A stretch of 64,000 nt of DNA, taken from NCBI GenBank assembly GCA_031269935.1, contig JAISYL010000177.1, positions 5,433 to 69,432 of the forward strand. The letters run 5' to 3'. Source of the stretch: Planctomycetota bacterium (lineage in GTDB: Bacteria; Planctomycetota; SZUA-567). Below are positions 27,476 through 38,200 of this stretch, piece by piece. The notes below the pieces were generated by a model that ran no database searches, was not told where the DNA came from, and was given only the letters and a program-made list of their open reading frames with translations. Position 1 is the first letter of the stretch; every line of letters begins with the position of its first letter. Position numbers and translations under genes: made by a program.

Positions 27476-28951
27476 ATGAAACGCGCAAGTCTAATCGGAG
27501 TTGGCATCGGCCAGGGGCCGGCGGACTGGCAAATAATCCAGCGCCGCCTGGACAATTCCGCCGACATCCCGCTGGCGGGAACTTGGCTCGCGCCAGGCGA
27601 TCGCCTGGGCAAGGTGGAAGTGCGGCTGGTTGACGAGACGCGGCAATGTCCCGTCACCGGGAATCTTGATTGGAGCGACGCCGATTCAAACCCCAATCAT
27701 ACCTGGCGTCATGTAATCGAGAACGTACCGGCCGGCGGCCCCTACCGATTGGAAACGCGCCTCAGGTTGGATGACGATCCCTGGCGGCTCGCCGGGGATC
27801 AAATCCATTATTTGGGCGTGGGCGATCTCTGGATTATCGCCGGCGACGACAACGCCCTGGGTTTCGGGCGCGGCTTTGTCGACGATCCTCCGGAGCTTGG
27901 CGTACATCTTTTTCGCCTGAGCGAACGCTGGGAATTGGCCAGCCATCCCTTGCACGACAGTACCGCCATCCGGGACGGCAATTTCTTTTCCCCGGGATCG
28001 GCCGGCCATTCCCCTTGGCTTAGTTTCGCCCGCCGGCTTCGAAAGGCGACCGGACTGCCGATAGGCCTGATTCCCGCCGCCCGGGAAGCTTCCCCCCTCG
28101 AGGTCTGGCATAATCGGAAAAAAACCGGGAATCCCCCCGCCCTAGCCAATCTTCTCCATCTGGTTCATCTTGCCTCCTCGCTGCATGATTTCAGCAAGTT
28201 CAGCCTCCATGACGGTGCCATTCAAAAATTGGAAAAACCGAAGGAACCCCCCGGTCCCGTCGCCGGTTGCGTTTGGTATCAGGGCGAAGCCGATTGTCGC
28301 CGCGAAGGCTGGGCGAGAAGCTACGGAACCGGGTTCCGGGAATTTGTCGAGCGGCTTCGGAATGGCTTGGCGGCCCCTTGCCTGCCCCTGGTGGTCTGCC
28401 AGCTTAACCGGGTTGTCGGAGTGGCGAGGGCGGGAGAAGCCAATCTTTGGGGACTGGTGCGCGAAGCCCAGAGGGCCGCCGGACACGACCTGGATTATCT
28501 TGCGGTTGTGCCCACCCTCGACGCCGCCCTCTCGGACGGCATTCACAATTCCGCCTCCGGCAATTTGCTGATTGGCGAAAGGGCGGCCAATTCCGCCTTG
28601 GGGCTGGTTTACGGAAAGGACGCGGCCTGGCGCTTTCCCGATTTTCACGACGCCTGGCTGGAGGAGGGAAGGCGGGATCGGGCGATAGTCGAATTTTCCC
28701 ACATTTCCGGGGAATTGCGTCCGGTGGCGGGGGAAATGCCCGCCTTCGGCATCGCCGACGCCCAGGGCGGCGCTCCCATCCGCAAGATAAAACTGATCGG
28801 GAAAAACCGCATCTGGATTCAAGTCAACCGCGAACTCGGGGAAAAGCCGGTGATCAGCCTGTGCGCCGGCCATAACCCGGTTATCGCCCTGGTCGACGAC
28901 AACAACTGCCCTCCCCTGGCCTTCTCCGGGATTGCTATCCGGGAGGACTGA
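27476..28951 (+). CDS. SASA/DUF303-type carbohydrate esterase-like protein (sialate O-acetylesterase family)
   Basis: CVWYQGEADC and LSDGIHNS blocks of the SGNH/SASA fold. The position expected for GQSNM reads GDDNA (27842-27856). Start uncertain (27452 or 27476). Confidence 0.6.
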   Translation: MKRASLIGVGIGQGPADWQIIQRRLDNSADIPLAGTWLAPGDRLGKVEVRLVDETRQCPVTGNLDWSDADSNPNHTWRHVIENVPAGGPYRLETRLRLDDDPWRLAGDQIHYLGVGDLWIIAGDDNALGFGRGFVDDPPELGVHLFRLSERWELASHPLHDSTAIRDGNFFSPGSAGHSPWLSFARRLRKATGLPIGLIPAAREASPLEVWHNRKKTGNPPALANLLHLVHLASSLHDFSKFSLHDGAIQKLEKPKEPPGPVAGCVWYQGEADCRREGWARSYGTGFREFVERLRNGLAAPCLPLVVCQLNRVVGVARAGEANLWGLVREAQRAAGHDLDYLAVVPTLDAALSDGIHNSASGNLLIGERAANSALGLVYGKDAAWRFPDFHDAWLEEGRRDRAIVEFSHISGELRPVAGEMPAFGIADAQGGAPIRKIKLIGKNRIWIQVNRELGEKPVISLCAGHNPVIALVDDNNCPPLAFSGIAIRED

Positions 28952-29032
28952 CGGTTGCGAAGACGGCGCTAATGCGGCAAGCTGTCCGCTGCGAAACGGC
29001 GATCCGTAAAGAGATATGGATAGTCCGTTCCT

Positions 29033-29695
29033 TTATTCCTGCGTTAATCCTCCCTTGACGGTTAAAACACCGTCAGCATATCCGGCGGTCAATATCCCCT
29101 TGTATTTACGGCTTGCACCGGCATCGGCGGTATCCGGCCTCCACTGGATTTTGTTCCAATCTAGGGAATTCCAATCCGTGGCCCTGCCGCCGGGCAATAG
29201 GTATTGGGACCGCAAAACGACGGGCGAGAGTGAATTGTCCACGGCTATTTCAGGTGCCTTGAAAAAGGCTTTTTTCAAGGCAATTTCTCTTCTGTCGTCA
29301 CTCAGGATTTGATATGCCGTACCATTCAATATAAAACGGATGACAAGCCTTTGGCCTTCCTCAAGTACCGTTAAATGAAAAAGATTCGTGTACCTTTCCG
29401 GGCATATCGGGAACAACAACAACTGCCGAAGCGCAACCGGAATTGCATATTTTCTGGTCTCCGGCGAGTCGTACCGGAGATCGTCAAGTTCCCTGGTTGA
29501 TCGCGCCTTGCTCGCGCCGGTTGTCGCGTCCAAAGAATCCTTTATATTTCGGCCGTCAATTGACCAATTGAGATAATTTCTTGCCGGATCCGGTCTAAGG
29601 ACATTGTACCGCATGTCGATGGTGACTTCTTGCGCCATTGCTGAAAAACCGCCGACCAACATCAAACCAATACCGATGAAAAATGGTTTTTTCAT
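29033..29695 (-). CDS. Secreted hypothetical protein
   Basis: Start moved to MKKPFFIGIGLMLVGGFSAMAQE (signal peptide; GGAAGGA upstream). Lies in AT-richer DNA. No recognisable domain. Confidence 0.55.
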   Translation of the reverse strand: MKKPFFIGIGLMLVGGFSAMAQEVTIDMRYNVLRPDPARNYLNWSIDGRNIKDSLDATTGASKARSTRELDDLRYDSPETRKYAIPVALRQLLLFPICPERYTNLFHLTVLEEGQRLVIRFILNGTAYQILSDDRREIALKKAFFKAPEIAVDNSLSPVVLRSQYLLPGGRATDWNSLDWNKIQWRPDTADAGASRKYKGILTAGYADGVLTVKGGLTQE

Positions 29696-29854
29696 TTTAC
29701 CATCCTTCCTTGTCCGGGTACGTAACTTGCCTTGCGGACGTTTTTGAAAGCGTAAAAACAGCATGCAATCATCAAATATATGCTTTATGCGGTCGGCAAC
29801 CGCGAAAACGAAAACCGCTCAATGGGATAGGCTCATAACACCCCATTTTTCTTT

Positions 29855-30232
29855 TCACCAAACCAATTTCTTTTCCGCCGATAAAACAACGGTGCCATAG
29901 TTCGCTATCTTGTAATCAAGCTTTTTCAGTATTTTTTGCAGCTTGGCTATCTGTTCCGCCAGTTGGTCCCGTTGTTCCTTAAGGAGTGATTTTCGGTCTT
30001 CCTGCGTACTTTTCCCTTCCTTAAAAAGGTTCACATACTTAACCAAAACTTCAATGGGAATGTTCGCTATCCGCATGCATTTGATGAATCCGACCCATTC
30101 TATATCCTTATCGCTATAATCCCTCATGCCGCCCTTGCCCCGCCTCACCGGCGGAATCAAGCCGGCACGCTCATAGTAACGCAAGGTATCTATCGATAAT
30201 TCATAGTACTTGCTCACTTCGGCTATGGTCAT
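29855..30232 (-). CDS. MerR-family transcriptional regulator
   Basis: MTIAEVSKYYELSIDTLRYYERAGLIPP..R...G.RDY HTH, followed by a coiled-coil dimerisation helix; 125 aa. Confidence 0.85.
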   Translation of the reverse strand: MTIAEVSKYYELSIDTLRYYERAGLIPPVRRGKGGMRDYSDKDIEWVGFIKCMRIANIPIEVLVKYVNLFKEGKSTQEDRKSLLKEQRDQLAEQIAKLQKILKKLDYKIANYGTVVLSAEKKLVW

Positions 30233-30918
30233 TTTCTTCCTCGAAAAAATGTCTCATGCGAAATCCCAAGCATCATGATATCATCCAACGATGAACGGCA
30301 TCGGGCGATATATAATAATTTAACGCTTCAAAGCGCTTACCCATGCTGTTACTTTTTCGCTTTTTTCCCTATCAGCGGCGACGTTATTAAAATTGAAGCC
30401 ACATGTACAAATGCATCTCCTGTTATGGCGAAAGCGTTTTGGCTTTCGGACAACCGTCTATCCCAAGCCCCAAGCGCGCGCAAGGGTTGGGGAACAAGAA
30501 CAACCGAAAACCATGCGCGCTTGAGTATATTCCGAATTGTACCGGCTGGAGTCAACTCCATGTCAAGTACTTTCTGCCGCAAATCCTTAAAAATTCATAG
30601 GTGTAATTTGCGAGCGGACTTATGCGAAAATTGATTTCGCCCCTTGAAATATGGATGTGGGTAATTCTTAATCGAACAATCGGGCGGATGACCGGCGGCT
30701 TCATGCCGAACAGATAATTTAACCGTCCCCGATTTTGCCGATGATTCCGCAAAATCGGGCAACCGTACCAAAAGTCATGGAAAATGCGGCAGATTGTTAT
30801 CCAGGCGTTTACAGAACGGATCGGCGGGTAACCTTCGTCGGGCGGGAGGGGAATATCCGGGAGGCGGAAAGTGGGGAACGGGGAAAAGACTTTTCCCTGG
30901 CGCTGATTGGGTATAGCC

Positions 30919-31452
30919 TCATTGCCGCGGCTCGTTCTCTCCACCTTCCTCCGGATCCCGCTCTTCGCCCGCGAGAAGCAGAATCAACTTTTTCCTGGCC
31001 TTTTCCAATTCTTCCCGGTCCGCCTCGGGGACGCTCACCTCCAGGATTCGGCCGCCATTGCGGCGGTCCCTCAGCACCAGGCGTTCCTCCCCCGAATCGC
31101 GGTTCGAACCCGTGAGTCCTAGCCGTCTTCGCCGCACCAGAATCAGGGCCAGCAGGTAACGGAGCAGGCGGCTATCCGGATCGTCCGCCCCTTCCAGTCC
31201 CTCGAAAATATCCTGGAGGCGGCTAAAATCAATCGGCGCCGGCTTGGGAACACCCCCCCCGCCCTTGTTTTTCCAATAAGAATGAAAATCCTCCCTGGCC
31301 ACCTCCAACCAAGCCTCGGAGGAAAAATCCATCCGTCTGAAGGAACCCTTGTCCTCCAGCAGGGCTGAAAAAAAAGGCCGGGAACCGTCCAGCGCCACCC
31401 CGGAACGGGCGCAAAGACGGGAACGCCTGGGTATGCGCCAGTTTTTCCCCAT
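30919..31452 (-). CDS. Hypothetical protein
   Basis: 177-aa ORF with coding-like composition downstream of folE2 and the small zinc-ribbon ORF. No motif recognised. Confidence 0.5.
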   Translation of the reverse strand: MGKNWRIPRRSRLCARSGVALDGSRPFFSALLEDKGSFRRMDFSSEAWLEVAREDFHSYWKNKGGGGVPKPAPIDFSRLQDIFEGLEGADDPDSRLLRYLLALILVRRRRLGLTGSNRDSGEERLVLRDRRNGGRILEVSVPEADREELEKARKKLILLLAGEERDPEEGGENEPRQ

Positions 31453-31495
31453 TTGGCTTTATCCATCCTCCCTTGCCGGCGGACAAATAGCCGGT

Positions 31496-31708
31496 TTAAC
31501 CGGCCTGGAAGATCCGTTGGTCCGAACCGGTCCCGTCCCGGCTTATCTTAACTTCCACTTTGCCCAGACAACGGGGACAAAAACCGCTGTAAGCGGTACC
31601 GGCCCGGTTTCTATAAATATAGCCGTAGACGTGGCAACAACGGAAAAAAATGCCCAAATGACCGCGCCCCCCCGTCCGCCCCTCGACCTCGGCGCGTTCC
31701 CGGTTCAT
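31496..31708 (-). CDS. Small cysteine-rich (zinc-ribbon-like) protein
   Basis: 70 aa, FFRCCHVYGYIYRNRAGTAYSGFCPRCLGKVEV. Its ATG overlaps the folE2 stop (4-nt ATGA overlap). Confidence 0.45.
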   Translation of the reverse strand: MNRERAEVEGRTGGRGHLGIFFRCCHVYGYIYRNRAGTAYSGFCPRCLGKVEVKISRDGTGSDQRIFQAG

Positions 31709-32526
31709 GGATATTCCCCCTCCCCTTCTCCGTTCCGGCGGCGCCAGACAATATGGGCGAAGGCATTGTGATCATGGATGCTTTCCATGGTTTCGGCCCG
31801 CACCCCCAGCCAGGCGACCCGGAAATCCCGGCGCAATTCCACCACCACCCGCCGGACCACATCCTCGACGAAAACCGGATTGTCGTAGGCGCGCATGGTC
31901 AAATGCCTCTCGTCCTCGCGCTTCAGCAACGGGAAAACCGGCGCCGAACCCGATTCCTCCCCCACGGCGGCCAACTCCTCAATCCAGATCATCCGGGGAA
32001 GTCCGCCGGATCCCCGTTCCGCCCTGACCTCAATGTCCACATACCCCCGCTGGTTATGGGCTCCATAATCGGAAATCGCCCGGGAACAGGGGCAAAGGGT
32101 GGAAACGGGTACCCGAACCCCGACCAGGAAATCATCCCCTCTCCCGTTCACCTCCGCCAGGAATCGGCAATCGTAGGACATGAGCGACACCGCCCCGGTA
32201 ACCGGCGCCCGCCGCTCGATGAAATAGGGAAAGCGGACCTCTATCCTCGCCCGCTCGGCCTTGAGGCGTTCCCGCAGCCGCCGGATGATGGCCGGAAGCG
32301 TCTCCATGTCCACTTGATCCCGGTGTTCATGCACCACCTCGATGAACCGGCTCATGTGGGTTCCTTTGAAATGCTGGGGCAAACCCACCGACAGGGACAT
32401 CTCCGCCACCGTCATCTGCCGGCGGCGGGCCTTATCCCGCACGGTTATCGGATACCTGAGACCGTTGACCCCCACCAAGTCTATCGGCAACTCCCGATCG
32501 TCCGGACCGGCCTGCACGTCTTCCAA
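31705..32526 (-). CDS. folE2: GTP cyclohydrolase FolE2 (type IB)
   Basis: LSVGLPQHFKGTHMSRFIEVV and CPCS blocks characteristic of FolE2/MptA. Confidence 0.88.
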   Translation of the reverse strand: MEDVQAGPDDRELPIDLVGVNGLRYPITVRDKARRRQMTVAEMSLSVGLPQHFKGTHMSRFIEVVHEHRDQVDMETLPAIIRRLRERLKAERARIEVRFPYFIERRAPVTGAVSLMSYDCRFLAEVNGRGDDFLVGVRVPVSTLCPCSRAISDYGAHNQRGYVDIEVRAERGSGGLPRMIWIEELAAVGEESGSAPVFPLLKREDERHLTMRAYDNPVFVEDVVRRVVVELRRDFRVAWLGVRAETMESIHDHNAFAHIVWRRRNGEGEGEYP

Positions 32527-32574
32527 GCATTCTCCCTGTCTTGCCGACTGTTAAAGGAAATCAAACCAACCGCC

Positions 32575-34893
32575 CTATTGGAGATCGGGAGGCGGCGGTT
32601 CCGGAATCGGAGCGGTCGGTGCGAGCCCCGGCACCCTTCCGGGAAGCCGGCCGCCCCGCAGTAAAAATCCGGGCGCCGGCGGGGCGGGTCCCTCATCCGC
32701 TCCGGTTGGCGCGGGGGCGGCGGAGAGATCGCCGAAACGAATAACGCCATACAGGCCGGGGCGGGAGTTGTCGCCGGCCGTGGCCACCCATTGGCCGATT
32801 TCCGGCGCCCCGGCGGCTCCGGCGGCCGGCCGGCGGCGTTGGGATTGTTCCCGGGAACGTGAATAATCCCGATGGACCAGTTGAAAGCCCCATTCGCTTC
32901 CGGGCGGCGGGGGGCCGGCAAGTTCCAGGGCCTCCCAAGGAATCAGGATTTCCGCGTCCCAAGTTTCGATTGCCTCCACTCGCCCGAAACGGACGGCATG
33001 CCGCCAAACCGGGTTGTAGGCGATCCCGATTCGGCTGGATTCGTCCAGGATCACGTTGCGGGGATTGATGGCGAAATGGTAATAGTCGCGGCCGCGGCGA
33101 TTCGGATCGATGAAAATCTCCAGCGATTCGTCGGCCAGCACCGCCCCGTCGCGGTCGGCCTCCGGATCCCCCGCCGCCGGAGACGCCGCCGAGACCAGCT
33201 TGGCCGCCAGGGACGCCGCCAGGATCAGGCCGATCCGGTCCGCGGTTATCCTGACCTCCACGGGATTGGCGGCTGGGATCCCCTCCGGGGTGGAAAATTC
33301 GCTCAGGACCGGTAGCGTCCGCCAATATTGCTTGTCCCGGAACCGGGCGTCGAGTCGTATCGCCTCTGGAGCCGGATGGACCTCGTAGCGCTTTTCCGGA
33401 GTTAGGACAAGGCTGTCCGAGGCGGTGCCGACATCCTGGCCGGAGGCGGTCAGCCGGGGGGACGAAGAAGCGGCCCCGGGGGTGACGGCGAACCTGGCCG
33501 CCGCCCCCTGCCCCGGCAACAGATCGAAAGGCAGCTCCGGCGGCTCCAGCCTCCAGCCAGACCCCGGGGGGACGGACCAGGACAGTTCGCCGGCAAAACG
33601 CCGGGTGGTGGGATTGGCGAAATAGAGGGTGAGAAGCGGCGGATGCGAGGGATCCGGAACCGCCCGGGCCGCCTGGCGGACGATTCGCAAAATTTCCTTT
33701 TGCAGGGTGAGGGCCGCCTGGGCGTCGGCGTCCACCTCCATCCGGGACAAAATCGGTTCGGAGGGAGGCCGGCGGGCGTCAAGGGTAAGGACGTCAATTG
33801 GGTTGCCCGCCAGATCGAGAACCCTCCATTCTAGAGACCCCTCGTCCGCCCATAGCCGGGCGACCTGCGGTTCGTCACTGGCGACCGCCACATATTCCCG
33901 GGGGGTGGAGGCGGGAACGGGGGAGCGGCCGGAGGCAAGGGAAATGTATCTGGTCTGGCCCGCCCCGGCGATGGAAAATGGATGGGTCCGCAGGTACCTT
34001 TGCCCGGCCCCAATCACCAGGTCGACACCACCAAGTTCCAGGCGATCTCCCAGGGCGGTGAGGATACGGCCGTCGCCGACCCGGGAATCGAAGGCGGCGC
34101 GGGAAAGAACCACCACCGTCCAGGCGCGTCGGGCGTGTCCGGGATCGAGATCCCGATCCAGCCTGGCCAGAACCGCGTTCCGGGAACGGGGAAAGGAAAA
34201 AGCCCGGGCGTCCATCCCGATCAGGCGGAGGACCCCAAGATCGCGTTTCCAATATCCGCCCTCCCCGGCGTGTTCGGGGAAGAGTTCGGCCGGAAGATCT
34301 CCCCCCGGGACCAGCCACAATGGCCCCAAGGCCACCTTATCGCCCAAGGGGCCGAAAAATTCGTTTTCCCAGTCCGCGGGTTCGATTTCCCGGCCGGGGG
34401 GAAAGGGGGGGGAGGCGAATACCACCGCGTCCGGTTCCAGAGTACGCAAGCGATCGGCGGCAAGGGAAAGATCGGGCCCGGTGGCGGCGGCAAAGGCGAC
34501 GATTGTGGTCTGTCCCAGCCGGGGCAATCCCCGGACGGCATAGGCTCCGCCGTCAAGATCGTCAAGGCGCAGGCGATAATTGCGGATCCGGGATGGCTCA
34601 AGTTCTGGAATGGCCAGGGAATGGAACAGGCTGAACGATCCCCGGCGATTGACGTGACTTCTTCCACCCGGCCGGTTGTCCGCCAATTGGATGCCGGCGA
34701 CACAACGCCGGTTGGACACGAAACGAAGAAACGGCTGCATGCCATCGCCGCTGGTCAAGTAGGGTCCGAGGACAATGGAAGCTTGGCCAATGGGTTGCTC
34801 CTCCCCCGGGGGAGGTTGAATCACCGGCATGTCGGCGCAACCGTTTACGGCCAATATCGCCAGGATAATCGCCGCCGGCAACCGGATCCTCAT
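32575..34893 (-). CDS. Secreted multidomain protein: purple-acid-phosphatase-like N-terminus, degenerate metallophosphoesterase core, CBM9-like C-terminus
   Basis: Start moved to MRIRLPAAIILAILAVNGC (signal peptide, weak lipobox). An LGPYL N-domain is present. The central region lacks clear GDxHG/GNHE metal motifs. The C-terminal LEIFIDPNRRGRDYYHFAINPRN...WDAEILIPWEAL resembles carbohydrate-binding family 9. Confidence 0.6.
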   Translation of the reverse strand: MRIRLPAAIILAILAVNGCADMPVIQPPPGEEQPIGQASIVLGPYLTSGDGMQPFLRFVSNRRCVAGIQLADNRPGGRSHVNRRGSFSLFHSLAIPELEPSRIRNYRLRLDDLDGGAYAVRGLPRLGQTTIVAFAAATGPDLSLAADRLRTLEPDAVVFASPPFPPGREIEPADWENEFFGPLGDKVALGPLWLVPGGDLPAELFPEHAGEGGYWKRDLGVLRLIGMDARAFSFPRSRNAVLARLDRDLDPGHARRAWTVVVLSRAAFDSRVGDGRILTALGDRLELGGVDLVIGAGQRYLRTHPFSIAGAGQTRYISLASGRSPVPASTPREYVAVASDEPQVARLWADEGSLEWRVLDLAGNPIDVLTLDARRPPSEPILSRMEVDADAQAALTLQKEILRIVRQAARAVPDPSHPPLLTLYFANPTTRRFAGELSWSVPPGSGWRLEPPELPFDLLPGQGAAARFAVTPGAASSSPRLTASGQDVGTASDSLVLTPEKRYEVHPAPEAIRLDARFRDKQYWRTLPVLSEFSTPEGIPAANPVEVRITADRIGLILAASLAAKLVSAASPAAGDPEADRDGAVLADESLEIFIDPNRRGRDYYHFAINPRNVILDESSRIGIAYNPVWRHAVRFGRVEAIETWDAEILIPWEALELAGPPPPGSEWGFQLVHRDYSRSREQSQRRRPAAGAAGAPEIGQWVATAGDNSRPGLYGVIRFGDLSAAPAPTGADEGPAPPAPGFLLRGGRLPGRVPGLAPTAPIPEPPPPDLQ

Positions 34894-35200
34894 GATTTGT
34901 CCATCTCCGCCGCCTCCCGTACATCCGTTCCGGCTGTCCCCCGGATCGTACCGAATCATTGGTTTTGCCTATTTCGTCGATAATTGCAAGTGTTATTTTC
35001 CCGAAAACCCTTGCTTTAATCAATGCCTCGGGTTATTTTATCAGCACCGGTCCAGGAGCGGGCGGCCATAAACCTGGCCGTAATGAAACCATCGGACGCC
35101 GAAGGAAAAGCATCCCGCGTACAAGGCGGAAAAGTCACTGTTCCCCGGCCGGCCTCGGGTGAAACGTATGGGCGGAGCCGGTCGCTTCCGGGAGAAAAGC

Positions 35201-38200
35201 ATGCCAGATTCCCTACCCAGGATGTGGATATCTGCCTTGTCGATTCTATTGTTGTCGTCCCTGGCGCCGACGAGGCCGATCAGAGCCGGCGAATTGTCCC
35301 GGCCGGTCCCTCCCGACGCCCAGGTTACCCGGTTCACCCGCTTCAATTTGAGGTATTCCCTGCGCGAGGTTGGGGGTGACGACATTCAGTCGGTTGAATT
35401 TTACCTTACCGAAGACATGGGGAGGACTTGGCGTCTCTATGGCGCCGACCCGGATCGCATCCCTCCGATGACTGTGGAAGTTCCGGGAGAAGGGGTGTAC
35501 GGTTTCGCCAGCGTGGCCACGGATCGCTTCGGCAACCGAGAGCGGGAGCCCGTTCCCAGGACCCGGCCGGAAACCGTAATCGTGGTTGATCGTACACCTC
35601 CCCAAGCCAAATGGCTGTCGCCATTGCAAAATATTCTTGGCCAAGGCGGCGGAATTGAATTGGCTTGGGAGTCAAGCGATCCCTACCTCCTTCCCCAGCC
35701 GGTGAAAATCCAGTTCTCGGCCGACGCCCGGAACAATCATGATCGCGACGCGTCCTGGACCAGTCTCCGGGAAGGGCTTCCGGCGTCGGGAAGAATCGAC
35801 TGGCAACCGCCCGGAGGCGCCTCGGGGCGCTACAATTTCCGCCTGATCGCCGAGGATCGGGCCGGCAACTATACAGTCGCCTATTCTCCGGCCATAATCA
35901 CCGTCGACAATACTCCCCCGGTCATTTCCTCGGTGGAGCCGCTCCGGTCCAACAAGTTGGAAGTGCCGATCCGGATTGAGGCCGACGATGGTCCGACCGG
36001 TTCCGGAGTCAGGGAAATTTCCCTTTACGTATCGGAAAACTCCGGCGTTTCCTGGAATCTGCTCAAGGAAGGCGGCCAAGCCGGCGAATCGGGACCGGTG
36101 AAAAGGAAATCGGGCGAGCCCATCGTCTTTACCGCCTCCCGCCCCGGCGATTATCCTCTCTGTCCGGTGGTTTTTGATCGGGTCGGCAACGCCACTCCCC
36201 TCCCGTCCGCGGGAGTTCCCGGTCCCTTCATCCTCACCATCGACAACGAGCCGCCGGTGGTCAGCCTGCAAAACTCCTTTCTCATGGGCAGATCGGTGAT
36301 TCTAGCCAATGAATCGCGCAGCGTTTCCTGGACGGCCTACGATCCGCACATCCTTGACAACAGTGCCGTCATCGAGCTTTCCCTCGACAATGGAGGCCGG
36401 TGGCAGGAACTCCGCTCCGGCCTCCCGGCCACCGGATCCGAAACAGTTTATTTCCCCTTCGGGGCCATCAGCGAAGAGGCGAAACTTAGAGTTACCGTGG
36501 CCGACGAATTCGGGAATATTGGGGAAAGCCAGTCGGAAACCTTCAGGCTTTCCGGCGCAGAAACAATTATTGATTCCGTTACCCCGGTCCAAGCCAATTC
36601 CCCCGGGGCATTCGATGAATTGTTGGGAGGCGACCCCGGTCCGCCTCCCCGGGTGCCGCCTCCCGCGCCCGAACCGCCGATGCCGGGTTATCCCCAGCCT
36701 CCGCCCCCATTGCTGCCGCCCACCAATCCGTTCGATATGGGCTATCCCCCGACCCCGCCGCCGACGGGATCCTTCGGGGCCGGCTATCCGCCAATCCCCC
36801 CCCCGGCCGATTCTTCAGGCGCCGGCTACCCGCCGACTCCGATCTTGCCCAACGATTCTTTCAATTTAGTCTATCCTCCGGGGCAATCCGGCGATCCCGA
36901 AGCCATCCGGGTACCTCCAGACAGCTTTTACCCGCCGCCGGCCGCCGCCAGTCCCTATCCTCCGGACGGTGGTTATCCAAGCGGGGAATCCACCGCCCAA
37001 TCTCTTCCGCTGGCCATGCTGGGGCTGGGCGCCCGGACTGATTCGCCCGGCCAGCCCGATCCCTATTCTCCATCCGCCCGTCTCCCGTCGCCTCCGAGTT
37101 CCTCCCTGGAGCCCCAGGCATCATCCTTCGACTGGACGCCGACCCCTGGTTCCAATTCCCCGGGCGCCCAACCGCCCGCGGCGGCAAATCCCGATCAACC
37201 ACCCCCGTTTTCCGGTTCGGCGCCTTCGGAGGGGGGGACGGGGACCCTAAGACCGCCGCCGGCGAATTGGGAAACCCCGCCCGCTCCGGCCGATTCATTG
37301 GATTTCGGCAATCTTTGGCCGGATGCGGGAACCGGCCTCACCCCTCCACCTCTGCCCGGCCTCCCGACTCCCCCCGGGGAAGGCGGCCAGGAATCCCCTT
37401 GGGATAATTCTCTATTCAACAACCTTCCCGGCAATCCGATTCCGCCGGCCCTTCCGGCTGAACCCGCCGGTCCGATCGCGCCTCCATTCCCGGAGACCGC
37501 CGGTCCGGAACCGTCCCGGCCGGCAACACCCCTGGCAAATCCGCCCGCCGCCCTGCCGCCCTTGCCGGGTGTGACGGAAATCCCGCCAAACATCGCCCCG
37601 CCGCCCTTGTCCCCTCCCGCCATTCCCGTCCGGCCGGACAACCAGCGGCAATTGTCCGATCGCCACATCGCCGAATCCAAGCGCCTGCTTGAAGAGGGAA
37701 ACCTTAATTTGGCCATGCAAGAGGCGACCGCGGCCCTGAACGCCGACGAGGGAAACTACCGCGCCTACATGGCGCTGTCCCAGATCTACGCCGAGCAGAA
37801 TCCCGAAATCAACAATTTCGCCCGCGCCGCCACCTTGGCGAAGGAGGCCACCAACATCGGCCGGGGCGAGTGGGATGCCTGGTTGAATTGCGCCGATGTG
37901 TTCTATCGCTGGTCCCATCGGCGCAATCTTGACGCCCAGGCCCTGATCCGGGAAGGCCGGCGCCCCTCCGTGGACATAATCGACGAAAGGAACCAGGCGC
38001 TCAGCAATGCCGCCATCGCCATCGGCAATTCCGCCACCTTGGCGCAGGCGGCCGGCGAGCCGGAACGAAAAAAAGTGGCGGTGACCCAGGGGTTAATCGC
38101 CTATCTCAAGGCCCTGACCATTTCAGAACCCGCCGCTCCCCCGGCTGAGGCGGGCCGGGAAGCGCTCGACGCCCACAATAGGGAGTTGGCCGCCTATAAA

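Noticed and set aside
30275-30944. ORFs 30275..30634 (+), 30403..30600 (+) and 30552..30944 (-) as the MerR target gene
   Set aside because: Cys/Arg/Phe-rich odd composition, no RBS, mutually overlapping, and no family resemblance. Treated as non-coding or decayed.
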